Source of the DNA: Octopus bimaculoides
Taxonomy: Eukaryota
Assembly (NCBI RefSeq): GCF_001194135.2
Contig: NC_068987.1
Span: 32,018,221 to 32,078,583 of the forward strand
DNA: 60,363 nt
Direction of reading: 5' to 3'
Part shown: piece after piece, positions 13,123 to 25,242 of the stretch
How the letters are laid out: each line of letters begins with the position of its first letter
Position numbering within the stretch: position 1 is the stretch's first letter
Program-made: the position numbers and the translations under genes
The notes under the pieces: generated by a model
What the model was told of the DNA's origin: nothing
Seen by the model: only the letters and a program-made list of their open reading frames with translations
The model's database searches: none

Positions 13123-13719
13123 AGAATGATGTCAATTGAAAAGAAAATAAACTAATCTCGTGCTATAAAAAAATATATAGAATGTCAAAAACTTAATACA
13201 AGTGGGTTGTTTTCTAAAACAGATACTTNNNNNNNNNNNNNNNNNNNNNNNNNNNNNNNNNNNNNNNNNNNNNNNNNNNNNNNNNNNNNNNNNNNNNNNN
13301 NNNNNNNNNNNNNNNNNNNNNNNNNNNNNNNNNNNNNNNNNNNNNNNNNNNNNNNNNNNNNNNNNNNNNNNNNNNNNNNNNNNNNNNNNNNNNNNNNNNN
13401 NNNNNNNNNNNNNNNNNNNNNNNNNNNNNNNNNNNNNNNNNNNNNNNNNNNNNNNNNNNNNNNNNNNNNNNNNNNNNNNNNNNNNNNNNNNNNNNNNNNN
13501 NNNNNNNNNNNNNNNNNNNNNNNNNNNNNNNNNNNNNNNNNNNNNNNNNNNNNNNNNNNNNNNNNNNNNNNNNNNNNNNNNNNNNNNNNNNNNNNNNNNN
13601 NNNNNNNNNNNNNNNNNNNNNNNNNNNNNNNNNNNNNNNNNNNNNNNNNNNNNNNNNNNNNNNNNNNNNNNNNNNNNNNNNNNNNNNNNNNNNNNNNNNN
13701 NNNNNNNNNNNNNNNNNNA

Positions 13720-14045
13720 ATATTTCTAAGTCTCTCTAAAGGAGACTACGGCAGCGGTACTGGAAATTAATAGTTATCGCCAAGCCAACATGGCAGTCCC
13801 AAAATTAGGACGAAAGTTGCCGTGAATTAGCCCCAAGAAGCCATCGCCTCTAGCTAGCTATGTGACACACGAAACCTGTGTCCTTTATAACCTTCGAACA
13901 GGGGAGGTCAGCAGTGTCCCCCTGCTGGTTTGGCATCTGCAGACTAGTTTCAGGGTGTTGCCCCTTGTCAATGCAGAGCAGCCAAGCCCTAGCCAGGCGG
14001 CGCTGCTGACTATCTGTTCGAAAGTTATTTATCTAATTTCAGTGG
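13720..14045 (-). mobile_element. Hammerhead-containing non-coding repeat (retrozyme-like), homolog of 15967-16443
   Basis: Minus strand aligns by eye to 16300-16440 plus 16090-16130 (GACCTCCC...GGACACAG...GTGTGTC...GGGCTAA...TCGTCCT...GGACTGCCA...TTGGC) and carries an HHR at the same relative position; left end lost in a gap. Confidence 0.75.
13936..13977 (-). ncRNA. Type I hammerhead ribozyme, degenerate core
   Basis: Minus: TCTGCA-ttgacaa-GGG(GCAACA)CCC-T-GAA-ACTAGT-C-TGCAGA. 6-bp stem I, palindromic stem III, GUC site; core TTGACAA is CTGACGA with two transitions. Confidence 0.75.
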
Positions 14046-14415
14046 AATCTATACTTCTTGGTTGTTGATTTTTTAACGTCCATTGATTTCTTTGTAGATC
14101 CACTTTCAGCTGTTACAGAATAAAATCAAAGAGTTTTTTTTATGTTGGAATATAACGGAAAGACAGCATGGCCGGATTGCATGGCCAGAAAGGTGTTGAC
14201 CGACTTCATTGCGTTGTCTGAATATCACATCACGTGGGCAAAGACTGAGTCGTTTGTTTCGTTTTTGCAACATTCCCTGTATAAGACATTACTAGTGGAT
14301 AAGGCGTTGCGAGTGAGAGGTGTCCACTCCCTGAACAGACTAAAATCGAATTTTTGATGACCTGACATTTATAAAAACAACTTTCAATTTTGCCACATTC
14401 CAAAATATGGCGAAA

Positions 14416-14635
14416 TATTGGTTTCAATTTGTGGCACAAGGCCTGCAAATTCGAGGGATGGGGTAAGTCGATTACATCAACTCCAATGTTCAACTGGTAC
14501 TTATTTTATCATCTCCGAAAGGATGAAAGGCAAAGTCGACCTCGGTGGAATTTGAACTCAGAACGCAAAGACGAACGAAATGGCGCTAAGTATTTTGCCC
14601 GGTGCGCTAGCGATTCTGCCAGCTCACCGCCTTAA
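14416..14635 (-). mobile_element. SINE family B
   Basis: Reverse complement TTAAGGCGGTGAGCTGGCAGAATCGCTAGCGCACCGGGCAAAATACTTAGC...GTGCCACAAATTGAAACCAAT. Confidence 0.9.
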
Positions 14636-15566
14636 AAATAAATATGTCAAGATATTGCGAATAAGAAGTCAACCGTTTCAGAGGACACCTGTGATTCGTT
14701 TTGAAAATTCCCACCAATTCCTTGGGTGTCTTTACCTGAGACCACTGAGTTTCAATTATTTGGACCAGACCCCCAATCTGAATATATCTTTCCACCACTA
14801 CCACCACCACCACCAGTCTCATGGGTCCTAAAAAGAGTCAGGTGTGTTTCCATCCATTCTTTTCTTTTTACTTTAATATTTCTTACAAGAAATCAGGACT
14901 GCATCGCAAAAGCAAACACAAACACAAATTTTTCAACTGGAACAAGAAAAATCTGACATAATTTTAATATTTAATATCACCCAATATTCAATTCAAACGA
15001 ATATAGCTCCATCTATATTAACGAAGTAAGTCAAAACGAACATAATAAGGCAAAGCTAACTTTCAATTTAGTTTTTACTAAATACAGAAATAGCCTGTAT
15101 TTCAGATCTATAGTGGATGTTGTGTTGTTCATTCTTAAGAATATTAGAGGCATAACAAAAGTAAAGCGATTCGACTGAAAATTGAAACTGTTCGCAGTAT
15201 CAGCTTGACGAGAGATTTTCACTTGATTCATGATTAACTTTCTCGTGTAAAGAATATCTATTTATACCTGACACCAGTTCAGTATATAATCAACTACTTG
15301 ACCTTTCAGGATCAGAGATGCAATTATCAAGTGATCAGCTCAATTAGCTTAACTAAACAAAGAATAGGAATTATGACAGCCGCAACTTACTCAAGAGCAT
15401 CGACGAAAGAAAAAGGTTAACCGTTTGAATAAGTTCGTATGTCATGGAGAAAGATAAGAATGTTGACGTTTGGAGTCCTTCATTACAGAGAGAAATTATT
15501 TTTGTCAATACAAACCATCTTTAGATTTCTCAGACACTCGTTTATATATTTACAGAAGAGAGAGGG

Positions 15567-15597
<31 letters not shown>

Positions 15598-15966
15598 GAG
15601 ATAGAGAGAGAGAGGGAGAGAAGGGATGGGAGGGAGGGAGGGAGGGGCAGAGAGAAGGAGACAGAGACAGACAGACTGAGAAGGGAAAAGGCTATACTTG
15701 GAAATCCATCTTATGTCACTGAAAGAGCTAACTCACCTCCTATTCTCCAGACTTTATTACTAACGTCCGTGGTTGTTGTTATAGTTGTTGTTACTATTGT
15801 TGTTGTTGTTATTTCGTCCCAGATCAACCTTTATCTAGCAGGCCTATGATCAAAAGTATTCCAGGTGTGGCCATCCTGTTTTTCGCAAAGTGCAGAGAAC
15901 TCAGCATCACATTTTCTATCTCGCTCTTTTACTAAGACGACAGAGTATGATTTATGGGAAATTTAA

Positions 15967-16443
15967 CTATACAGACACAGATTGTGTGTCGATAGTCAGC
16001 TGGAAAAGATGTTTTCCTGTGGCTAAAACAACAGTAACATCGTCCTTTATAGGACTGCCACATCCTGTTGGCATATAAACTTTACTATTCGGTACTGTTA
16101 CTGCATATCTCTCGCTCAAAGATTTAAAACAAGTTGTTTTTCTCTATACGAGATCAGCAACTGTGTGTCGCTTAAAGAATATATAGTATTTTCGAGTAGA
16201 AAGAGCTTTCGTCACTAGCTTGAGGTTGTCTCACACTGAGGACAGATAACCACCCAGAAACCTAGGTCTGTGAGTATCATGTAAGGCTAGAGATGGGAGC
16301 GATGACCTCCCTTGCGAATGCTATACGGACACAGACTGTGTGTCGAAAGCCAGCTGGAAAAGATGTTTTCCTGGGCTAAAATAACAGTAAAATCGTCCTT
16401 TATAGGATTGCCACATTCTGTTGGCATATAAAACTTCACTATT
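15967..16443 (+). mobile_element. Retrozyme-like element: 354-bp unit plus 123-bp terminal redundancy with internal hammerhead
   Basis: Direct repeats 15967-16089 and 16321-16443 (offset 354) flank an HHR at 16230-16274; no coding capacity evident. Confidence 0.75.
16230..16274 (+). ncRNA. Type I hammerhead ribozyme
   Basis: CTCACA-CTGAGGA-cagataaccaccca-GAA-ACCTAGGT-C-TGTGAG. Perfect 6-bp stem I, intact CUGANGA and GAAA, palindromic stem III, GUC site; stem II eroded. Confidence 0.8.
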
Positions 16444-17071
16444 AGCTAACATTTTAAACAGATAAAACGATTCACATAGGGTCTTCTTCGTTAGCTCAAC
16501 CAAAATTCGTTTATCTCTTTAAAAAAAATAACAATTTTAGGTAAATAGAATGAAATATAGCCAATCCGCATGAAATACAGCTACTGTTTTTTAATATTTG
16601 TACGAACAAAGTACAGGCTTACCATTTGCAATAGCTGAACATGAAACCTCAAAATAAGATTTAGTTTTAGCTATTTTTCCATATGAAGGCGAATGGTCGG
16701 TGGTCCGTCAAATACATCGTGTAGTATTTTACGAAACAAGGCATATGGGTTTCAATCACCAACCAATGAGCAGCTGCAATTATTCCTTCTCTACATACTC
16801 CTTTGGATAGAAAAAGTATATATGTATGTATGCATGTAGTTCGCTAATTCATTCATTTTTAAATCCGTTTGTCCATGCTAACATGAGATGCTCTCCCTGT
16901 CGTTAAGCCTTATCTGTTTTTCAAGTAATGGATCTAATAGTATACTTCTGTTCCCTAGAAAAAATATGTTATAACATGTCGTCTATTAGAAGTTCTCCTA
17001 TACGATATTTTGCAGTAATAATCTACTTTCACACGTTCGATTGTGCAGAAACAATCGAATATGTGTGTGTG

Positions 17072-17119
<48 letters not shown>

Positions 17120-19225
17120 ACTGTTGCAGTCGATTAGCCTACTTTCCAGAATCATAACCATTCCACTGCATTCGTCTATATTCAAAACGGTGGGGTATGA
17201 TTTGGCTATTATTTCTTGCTGGGCACCACTTCATCTCTCTCCCTTGTTGGCCCATATATAATATATTAAATAATAATGGGTGTAGTTGTTGTTTTGGTCC
17301 AAATCAACTAATATTCAAAAGCATTCAAGTTGCGACCATTCCAACCTGTTTTTTTCTTTTTGTTTTTTTTTTTTTAGAAGTAGTGTATCTAGAATTATAT
17401 TGTCTATTGTGTCCTACTTTTTAAAGACAGTATAGTGCGATTTGAGCAACTCGGGAATAATTCGCAGAGGCATCCTAAAATATTGTTTACATTTCATAGA
17501 AGTATCAATCCAAATGGAAATAAGGAATGTAAAAGTATGTGAACTATATTTAATATGACTCAGAAATAATCTAACTTTTCCATGCTGAATAATTTTATTT
17601 GCAACCGACAGTAGTCGTCACTTGTAACAATGGGGGAAATTAATAGGGAAAAGGCAATGGTGTTTTGAAATAAAATACGTTGGTTATTTAACTATATTTT
17701 GTAAGGTTTAAATAATGAATCGGAAATTAGTCTTTCCTTGTGAGAGAAGTTACGACTAATCTCATAAACAGTCGTGCCAACACTACTCTGAAATAGTCGG
17801 GACATTTTTATTTCGATTTATTGGGTGATAATATCTATTTGTAAACATCTATAGGGTTTCGTCGATCCCGTATGAATATTTCCTCCGGAAATTAATATGT
17901 AGTGCTTCTACGATAGACAACATGGTGAATCCTAGACACTTGAGAAATAAAAAAAAAAAGGAAAATATATAAATAACAGACAATCACTTTCTTGGATAGA
18001 TTATAAGGAATGTTAAAACTATTGAATGCTCTTAAATTTCGCTGTTTAACTGATCGATTGTTTACATTTGTTATCTGTAGAAATCGATAATTTTTACAGA
18101 TGAGAAGCAACATCCTGGATTCAAGCCAACGAAAAGTTGTCTGATTTTTAATTCATATTTACAATGATTATTTATGTGTTGTTGTTGCTGCTGTTGTTGT
18201 TGTGTAATTCCTGGTCGGCCATGATCAAGTAGACTTAAGATCAAGATCAAATGAGTTCCAGCCATGACTATCCCGTCTTTTTCTTATATGATTTACCTAA
18301 GATTCCGTTATCTTTTAGTGTGGATTTTCAGTCATTAACTCTTCGTCAGTAGTCCTCAATTCGAAGTAGGGTGCGTAAGAAGACAAGAATGATCATACTC
18401 GGGATTTCATATATTTTATTTAACAGGCATGTTTTGTATTTACATGTGCATATATAATTTATTTAATGGAACGACTTCCATGAAACAGCACACATAATAG
18501 GGATCTTTTCTAGCACGACATACTAGATAATATTATGAAAGTGCATAATTATTAAAGGAGAAATAAGTAAAAAAAAAATGTTAAAAACTACTGCTTATAA
18601 GTAATGTGTGCGTGATTCCACATTACAATTCAAGGCTGGTATTTTTTATTGAACACGATATAACAATGTTCAGTAAGACAAAAGGAAACAAGGCGAGAGA
18701 CTGATGCGACATTATTTCGCGTGGAGTACTGAGTGACTCTAGTTTGAGTTTGAATTCGTCAACTATTATAACCGAATGCCAACTTTCCCAGAACCTGTGA
18801 TTCTGTGGGAAAACTCGCTCACTTCCTATGAAGTCAACCAGTGCAAATTAGTCGAGCTATATTCATGTAGGTCTTTATGCATTTTATGGCGACACATCGC
18901 CTTTTATGGCGTTATGCTAAGTCGTGGTGCTGATCCGAGAAAATCTAAAAGCGATGCTTCAAAATCTCAGCAAAAGCCACGCTACCGGAGTTTGTTATAA
19001 CACAAACGAAATTATAATTTCGTGCTGCAAAAATGATTAGAACAATAAGAGTAAATACATTATATAACATTACAGAAACCATACGAACAAAACGTTCATA
19101 GTATATACATAATTTAAGATGGTCTGATATATGTAAAAATTGTTATTGCACAAAAATATATTATTCATATTAGTAATATCTTTCTTTAGGAATAATAGCT
19201 CTGTGTGTCTGTACATCAATAGGTA

Positions 19226-20516
19226 CGATGGTAGGCTCAAAAGCTCATAGGCCGAGCAAGATACTTTCATGGAATGTGACCAAATGAGGTTTATTATTCA
19301 ACATAGAACCCTTTACGGTTCACACACTTTTTCCGTCGGTGTTGCAATGCTTGGATTCCATTGCCGAAAAGTATTTCATTCTGTTGATCAAAAAAGTCAT
19401 CAATAGCAGATATGACGTCATCATCACCGCGACACTGGTTCCCAACCAAGATTTTCTTCATGCTGGGGTACAGATGATAGTCAGAAGGGTCAAGTCAGGA
19501 TAATAGGGAGAGCGGTCAACTAGTTCAATGTCACAGTCACGCACAGCAGCCATTGAAACCAAAGACTTGTGCACTGAAGCATTTTCCTGATGAAGCAGGG
19601 TTCCATTCATCAGTTTTCCTGAGCGTTTGGTCTTGATAGACTTTTGTAACTGCCTCAGCAAGTCGACATAGTACTCTCCATTGATGATGTGGCTCTTTTG
19701 AAGATAGTCAATAAGCACAATGCCTTTTGCATGCCAAAAAACTGAGGCAATCACCTTCTCTGCAGGTGAAACTATTTTGGCCTTCTTTGGAGCAGTTGAG
19801 GAGGGGTGTTTACATTGCATTGATTGTCTCTTCGCCTTTGGCTCAAAGTGATAAACCAAGCACTCGTCTTGGGTTAAGGAACGTTCAAGGAACGAGCTGA
19901 ATCTGCCTGAAACAATGTCAAATTTTCCCGTGATGTGATCAACCTGATGGGCTTTTGATCAGGTGTCAGAAAACGTGGCGCTCACCGTGCAGAAACCTTC
20001 GACATGCAAAATTCATTGTACAGAATATTCTCAACCCTCTGACAGGATATGCTAATAGCATTGGCTGTTTGATTTATAGTCAATCGCCTTTCATCCTTCA
20101 CCATGTGGTGAACATAATCGATGTTTTCCTCGGTGCTGGCAGTTACAGGACGTCCACACCTTAGGTCATCTTCAATACTTTGCCTTCTCCTCCTAAATTC
20201 AGTTTGTCCACTTTTGCACTGTTGGCAAAGCTGGAACATCAGCCCCTAATGTAGCAACTATGTNNNNNNNNNNGGGTAAACTCTTTTCTTCTGTAGATAC
20301 TTGATAACACCACGATGCCAAATTTTGCACATTTTCAAGAGAAGTCGTAACTAATTACTTTCCTTTTGAAGTGTTCTTTAAACAGTCATGTGTCAGTTTA
20401 GCTGGAAAGAAAGAATGCAGTTATTAATAAGGAGAGTTCAGATTAAGCCATGCAAAATTTTACAGCTCAAGCATAATTCCTTCATAGTCAGCCTATGACT
20501 TTTCAGCTTACCCTCG
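19226..20516 (-). mobile_element. Mariner transposon, full length, inactive
   Basis: TIRs CGATGGTAGGCTCAAAAGCTCATAGGC and rc CGAGGGTAAGCTGAAAAGTCATAGGC with flanking TA; frameshifted transposase with VYHFEPKAKRQS, VIASVFWHAKGIVLIDYL, LLHQENASVH, DRSPYYPDL motifs; ~1.29 kb. Confidence 0.95.
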
Positions 20517-20589
20517 TATTTTTGTTGTATGTAAAGATGTGGTGATGTTAGGTGTATTTGCATTAATGAAAGCTTTTTTTTTTTTAAAG

Positions 20590-21340
20590 AAGTCTGTCAA
20601 TAGGGCGAGATAAATTGTGAAAAGCAGAAAGAAAATAAGCGTCTATGTTTAGAAGGTACAAAAGGTCGTTCAAGACTAGTAGATATATCGCACCAAATAT
20701 GTTTCGTGGAAGCAGCAGGGGAAGTAGACAAAATTCTAAAGATGACACAAAGTTCTTTAGTTGTAGCAGTTCTTCATCCGATTCTTGGTCCATACCTAAT
20801 TTTTCAAAATTGAAAGAATAATTGGAGTAAAGAGAATTCACATGAACATGGGATAAAGCATCAGCTACGCCATTATTAGAGTCCTTGATAAGGCTACAAG
20901 CGTGCAGAATCGTTAGCACACCGGGCAAAATGCTTAGCAGTGTTTCGTTTGTCTTTACATTCTGAGTTCAAATTTCTCCGAAGTCTACATTGCCTTTCAT
21001 CCTTTCCGGGTCGATAAAATAAGCAACAGTCGAGTACTAGGGTCGATGTAATCAACTTACCCGCTCCACCGAAATTTCAGGCATTGTGCCAAAACTTGAA
21101 ACCATTATTAGAGTCCTTAATGTAATGCATAATGGCAATAAGCTGCGATACAAAATCATAGTGCCAAATTTCCCTTGGATGCTTATTTAACCTGAAGAGC
21201 AAAAACTAATGGCTTCTGTGGTTTCATTCAATTTCAGACGTTTCGAAGGAAAAGGACAAAGGTTTTATCAGGAATTCTGAATAAATTGTCGTAAATCACC
21301 ACCGACTTTTACATCAAAAGCATCTGCCAGTAGAGAAAGA
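20590..21340 (-). mobile_element. Ty3/Gypsy pol fragment (RNase H to integrase junction), interrupted by a SINE
   Basis: Minus-strand translation gives DASDV-like/VGG, PLSFFSKRL, KPLVFAL, HYIKDSNNGVADALS, DQESDEELLQLK, AFHNLSRP, typical Gypsy RNase H and linker motifs. Confidence 0.8.
20887..21101 (+). mobile_element. SINE family B with 17-bp target site duplication
   Basis: CCATTATTAGAGTCCTT at 20870-20886 and 21102-21118. Confidence 0.9.
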
Positions 21341-21389
21341 GGCGGTTAGTTTTGTCCCATACTTTCTTCCATTTACACGTCAATGCCTC

Positions 21390-21790
21390 ATTTGCCACCA
21401 CATCCAACTGCATATACTCTTACTAAAGTGATACAACCCTTCCTTCCTCCCTAATATTCCTTGACCACACATTATCTACTGCACATTACACCCATATTAA
21501 CTCCATGAACAGAAACATATTGAAGACATCTTCCAATTGGGATATGCAAATCTTATCGCTGTCAACAGTAAGAAGATACAAACGCAGTTCACATCAAGAA
21601 AACAATATCGCAACACAGCCATTCCCTTTAAACGAGAAAAGCTTTGTACTAGAGCCCTCAAAATCGCTCCATTTTGGGGTTATATTATCTGAGAGAATCT
21701 CTCCCTGAGAAAACACACCTTAGACATAAGTAGGACCGCACTCAACAACTGGCATTCCTCTTCAAAGAAAACACTCTATCCACTGGCCCA
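21390..21790 (+). mobile_element. CR1/Jockey-like LINE reverse transcriptase C-terminal fragment
   Basis: Frameshifted translation YSY*SDTTL (YADD-like), LGYANLIAVNSKKIQ, SLHFGVILSE, QLAFLFK follows the post-YADD pattern of these LINEs. Confidence 0.6.
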
Positions 21791-21814
21791 CAAGCGCGCT
21801 ATCTCCTTTCTCTT

Positions 21815-21857
21815 ATGTATATATGTATATATGTATACATGTATATGTATATATACA

Positions 21858-21889
<32 letters not shown>

Positions 21890-22168
21890 NNNNNNNNNNN
21901 NNNNNNNNNNNNNNNNNNNNNNNNNNNNNNNNNNNNNNNNNNNNNNNNNNNNNNNNNNNNNNNNNNNNNNNNNNNNNNNNNNNNNNNNNNNNNNNNNNNN
22001 NNNNNNNNNNATATAAGAATATATATAATTTATGGATATATATATATTTATGTATATTTATGCGCATATATATATATATATATATATGTGCGTGTATACA
22101 TATATATATGTATGTATATTTATGTATATATATATGTATATATATGTATATGTATATATGTGTATATA

Positions 22169-22214
<46 letters not shown>

Positions 22215-22378
22215 TGTATGTATGTATGTATGTATATGAGTATATGTATATATATGTGCATATATATATGTATATATATGTGCATATATATATGTATATA
22301 TATGTATATGTATAAATATATATATGCATATTTATATATGTAAATATATATATGTGTATGTATATGTATATATACATA
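21815..22378. repeat. Long TA/TG-rich compound microsatellite spanning a gap
   Basis: Directly visible. Confidence 0.95.
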
Positions 22379-23106
22379 GGCGGAGAAAAGATTGGGCAAG
22401 TGAGTGGTAGAGACGCCACTAGCATTTTGAGACACTGTCCTATTCTCTGATGAGTCCAGATTTGCTGCATTTCCTGACAGTGGTCGAGTGTGGATCTGGA
22501 GACTTTGTGATCAAGAATTTGATGTGAATGGAGTGCAGCCAACAATGAAACACGGCAGCTATTCTATGATGGTCTGGGGAGCAATTTGGAGCAATGATTT
22601 ATCAGAGCTAGTGGAGTGTGAAAGAAACATAAACTCAGATAAACATGTGTCCATATTGCAGAAACGACTCCTTCAAATCTTCTCCAGTGATGAAATGATT
22701 AAAGAAGACACTTTATGTATGGAAAATAAGGCTCCTTGTCACATGGCTAAAATGACCCAAGATCTGTTGGATGAGAATGGCATTGGAAAGCTTCTATGAC
22801 CAAGCCAGTCACCAGACATGAACCCTATTGAACACCTCTGGGACATAACGGACAGGACACTTCATAAAAAGAACAAGAAAGCATCTTCAATATCAGACCT
22901 TTTAAGATTACTGCTTGAAACTTGGCAAGAAATTCCACAAGAGAATATTCATCATGAGCAGTAACATGCCTAATAGGATCCTTGCATTGAAAAATGCAAA
23001 TGGCATGTCTACTGACTATTAAATATTCACATTATAACAATTAATAAATTCTTAATAAATTTTAATAAATTTTATAAGGGTGTCTATTTACTTCCGTCAT
23101 TCTCTG
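22379..23106 (+). mobile_element. Tc1-family transposon, 3' half, inactive
   Basis: [48 protein letters not shown] (DD34E motifs) with stops, then a TIR-like end. Confidence 0.92.
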
Positions 23107-23116
23107 TGTGTATGTA

Positions 23117-23151
<35 letters not shown>

Positions 23152-23215
23152 AATAAAATGAGACAACAAAGCCAAGTCTGTATGAATTTTCAGGACATTT
23201 ATAAAGAGAAAGTTA

Positions 23216-23263
23216 GTCTTACAGCTGTTTCTCGGATATTAGGGATATCCCTTCACCAGAGTC
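23216..23263 (-). ncRNA. Type I hammerhead ribozyme, degenerate; same family as 49337-49384
   Basis: Minus: GACT-CTGGTGA-AGGGATAT(CCCTA)ATATCCGA-GAA-ACAGCTGT-A-AGAC; ~75 nt of downstream sequence shared with the 49.3-kb copy. Confidence 0.75.
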
Positions 23264-23951
23264 GATGTGAGATAGTTATATATATATANNNNNNNNNNNN
23301 NNNNNNNNNNNNNNNNNNNNNNNNNNNNNNNNNNNNNNNNNNNNNNNNNNNNNNNNNNNNNNNNNNNNNNNNNNNNNNNNNNNNNNNNNNNNNNNNNNNN
23401 NNNNNNNNNNNNNNNNNNNNNNNNNNNNNNNNNNNNNNNNNNNNNNNNNNNNNNNNNNNNNNNNNNNNNNNNNNNNNNNNNNNNNNNNNNNNNNNNNNNN
23501 NNNNNNNNNNNNNNNNNNNNNNNNNNNNNNNNNNNNNNNNNNNNNNNNNNNNNNNNNNNNNNNNNNNNNNNNNNNNNNNNNNNNNNNNNNNNNNNNNNNN
23601 NNNNNNNNNNNNNNNNNNNNNNNNNNNNNNNNNNNNNNNNNNNNNNNNNNNNNNNNNNNNNNNNNNNNNNNNNNNNNNNNNNNNNNNNNNNNNNNNNNNN
23701 NNNNNNNNNNNNNNNNNNNNNNNNNNNNNNNNNNNNNNNNNNNNNNNNNNNNNNNNNNNNNNNNNNNNNNNNNNNNNNNNNNNNNNNNNNNNNNNNNNNN
23801 NNNNNNNNNNNNNNNNNNNNNNNNNNNNNNNNNNNNNNNNNNNNNNNNNNNNNNNNNNNNNNNNNNNNNNNNNNNNNNNNNNNNNNNNNNNNNNNNNNNN
23901 NNNNNNNNNNNNNNNNNNNNNNNNNNNNNNNNNNNNNNNNNNNNNNNNNNN

Positions 23952-23987
<36 letters not shown>

Positions 23988-24480
23988 GCATACACATATA
24001 TATATATATATCTTTTTATTTATATATATTTACATACATACGTACGTACATACATATATGCATACATACATACATGTATACATGTATATGATGGCTATCT
24101 GCTCTTTGGACGACAATGAGCATCGCTAACAGAGAGGTCAGCAATGTCCGTGCAAGGATTTTATGTCGAGTGCGGATTGCACAACACTATAACAACTCTC
24201 ACTCCAATACCAAGAGGCCTAGAGACAATTGCCCAGTACAACAACGGGTTTCATTTACAAGTTAGCCTTCATTTCCAGTGGCCCTCGAACACCAACCCGA
24301 ATATTTGTGCATCTCTGCGTATACCTGCTCAAAATACATACATACATACATACACATTATAAATCACCATCTTCACCAAGTAAGCTTGGTGGGGTTACCA
24401 GTTTAGTTGCCGATGAGCTGACTATGGGATAGGTTGTACTAGGTTACGTGTTACCAATAGCACTCGAGAACGACCTGTCA

Positions 24481-24512
24481 TTACACACACACACATACAC
24501 ACACACATACAT

Positions 24513-24545
<33 letters not shown>

Positions 24546-24546
24546 T

Positions 24547-24641
<95 letters not shown>

Positions 24642-24807
24642 TACATACAAACATACATATTCGATGAGCTTCTTCCAGTTTCCATGCATCAAATTCAATA
24701 ACTAGGCTTTGGTCGGCCCGGTCATCTAGTAAAAGGCACTTACCCAAGGTGCTGCGTCGTTCGATTGAACCCGGAATCATGTGGTTGGGAAGCAAACTTC
24801 TCACCAT
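24481..24807 (-). mobile_element. SINE family A with (GT)/(GTCT) internal repeats
   Basis: Reverse complement TGGTGAGAAGTTTGCTTCCCAACCACATGATTCCGGGTTCAATCG...CCTTGGGTAAGTGCC...GGAAACTGGAAGAAG. Confidence 0.85.
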
Positions 24808-25124
24808 GGACCTATATTTAACTTAAATACTTATCAACTTCAGTATTTATTGACTCAGAGGTAAACGTTTTGTTGATATAAGGAATATTCCAGTTAAATC
24901 TAAAAGATCTCCAAGACATGTCATGCGTCACGACGGCGCTCTTGTAGGCAATGCATTGTATTTGGAAGGCGAACTTCAAGAGATCATTAATTAGTGATGA
25001 TATAAGTCCTTTTTATGATGATAAAAAAAAAAACCTTGTTATCATAGTTCTACTTGATTACGGTTTAGTTGGGTTTAAACGGGTAATACATATCTGAACG
25101 CCTTTTATCATTGGTCTATTGCAG

Positions 25125-25242
25125 CCGATGTAGACTTTGCCTTTCATTCTTTCAGGGTTGATAAAATAAATACCAGTTGAGCTCTGGGATCGATTTAATC
25201 GACTTACCCTGCCCCTAATTTGTGCCAAAATTTGAAACCAAT
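25125..25242 (+). mobile_element. SINE family B, 3' half
   Basis: GACTTTGCCTTTCATTCTTTCAGGGTTGATAAAATAAATACCAGTTG...GTGCCAAAATTTGAAACCAAT. Confidence 0.8.

Noticed and set aside
22448-22470. CTGATGAGTCC hammerhead-like string
   Set aside because: It is the Tc1 SDES coding motif; there is no GAAA or stem III.
21815-22545. Y/I/M/C/V/H/T-rich ORFs here and at 9.5, 24.4, 47.8, 51.8 and 55.8 kb
   Set aside because: Translations of dinucleotide microsatellites.
24215-24290. Minus-strand TGAAGGCTAACT...GAAACCCGTTGTTGTA HHR-like relic
   Set aside because: The core is not recognisable as CUGANGA and the stems are weak.
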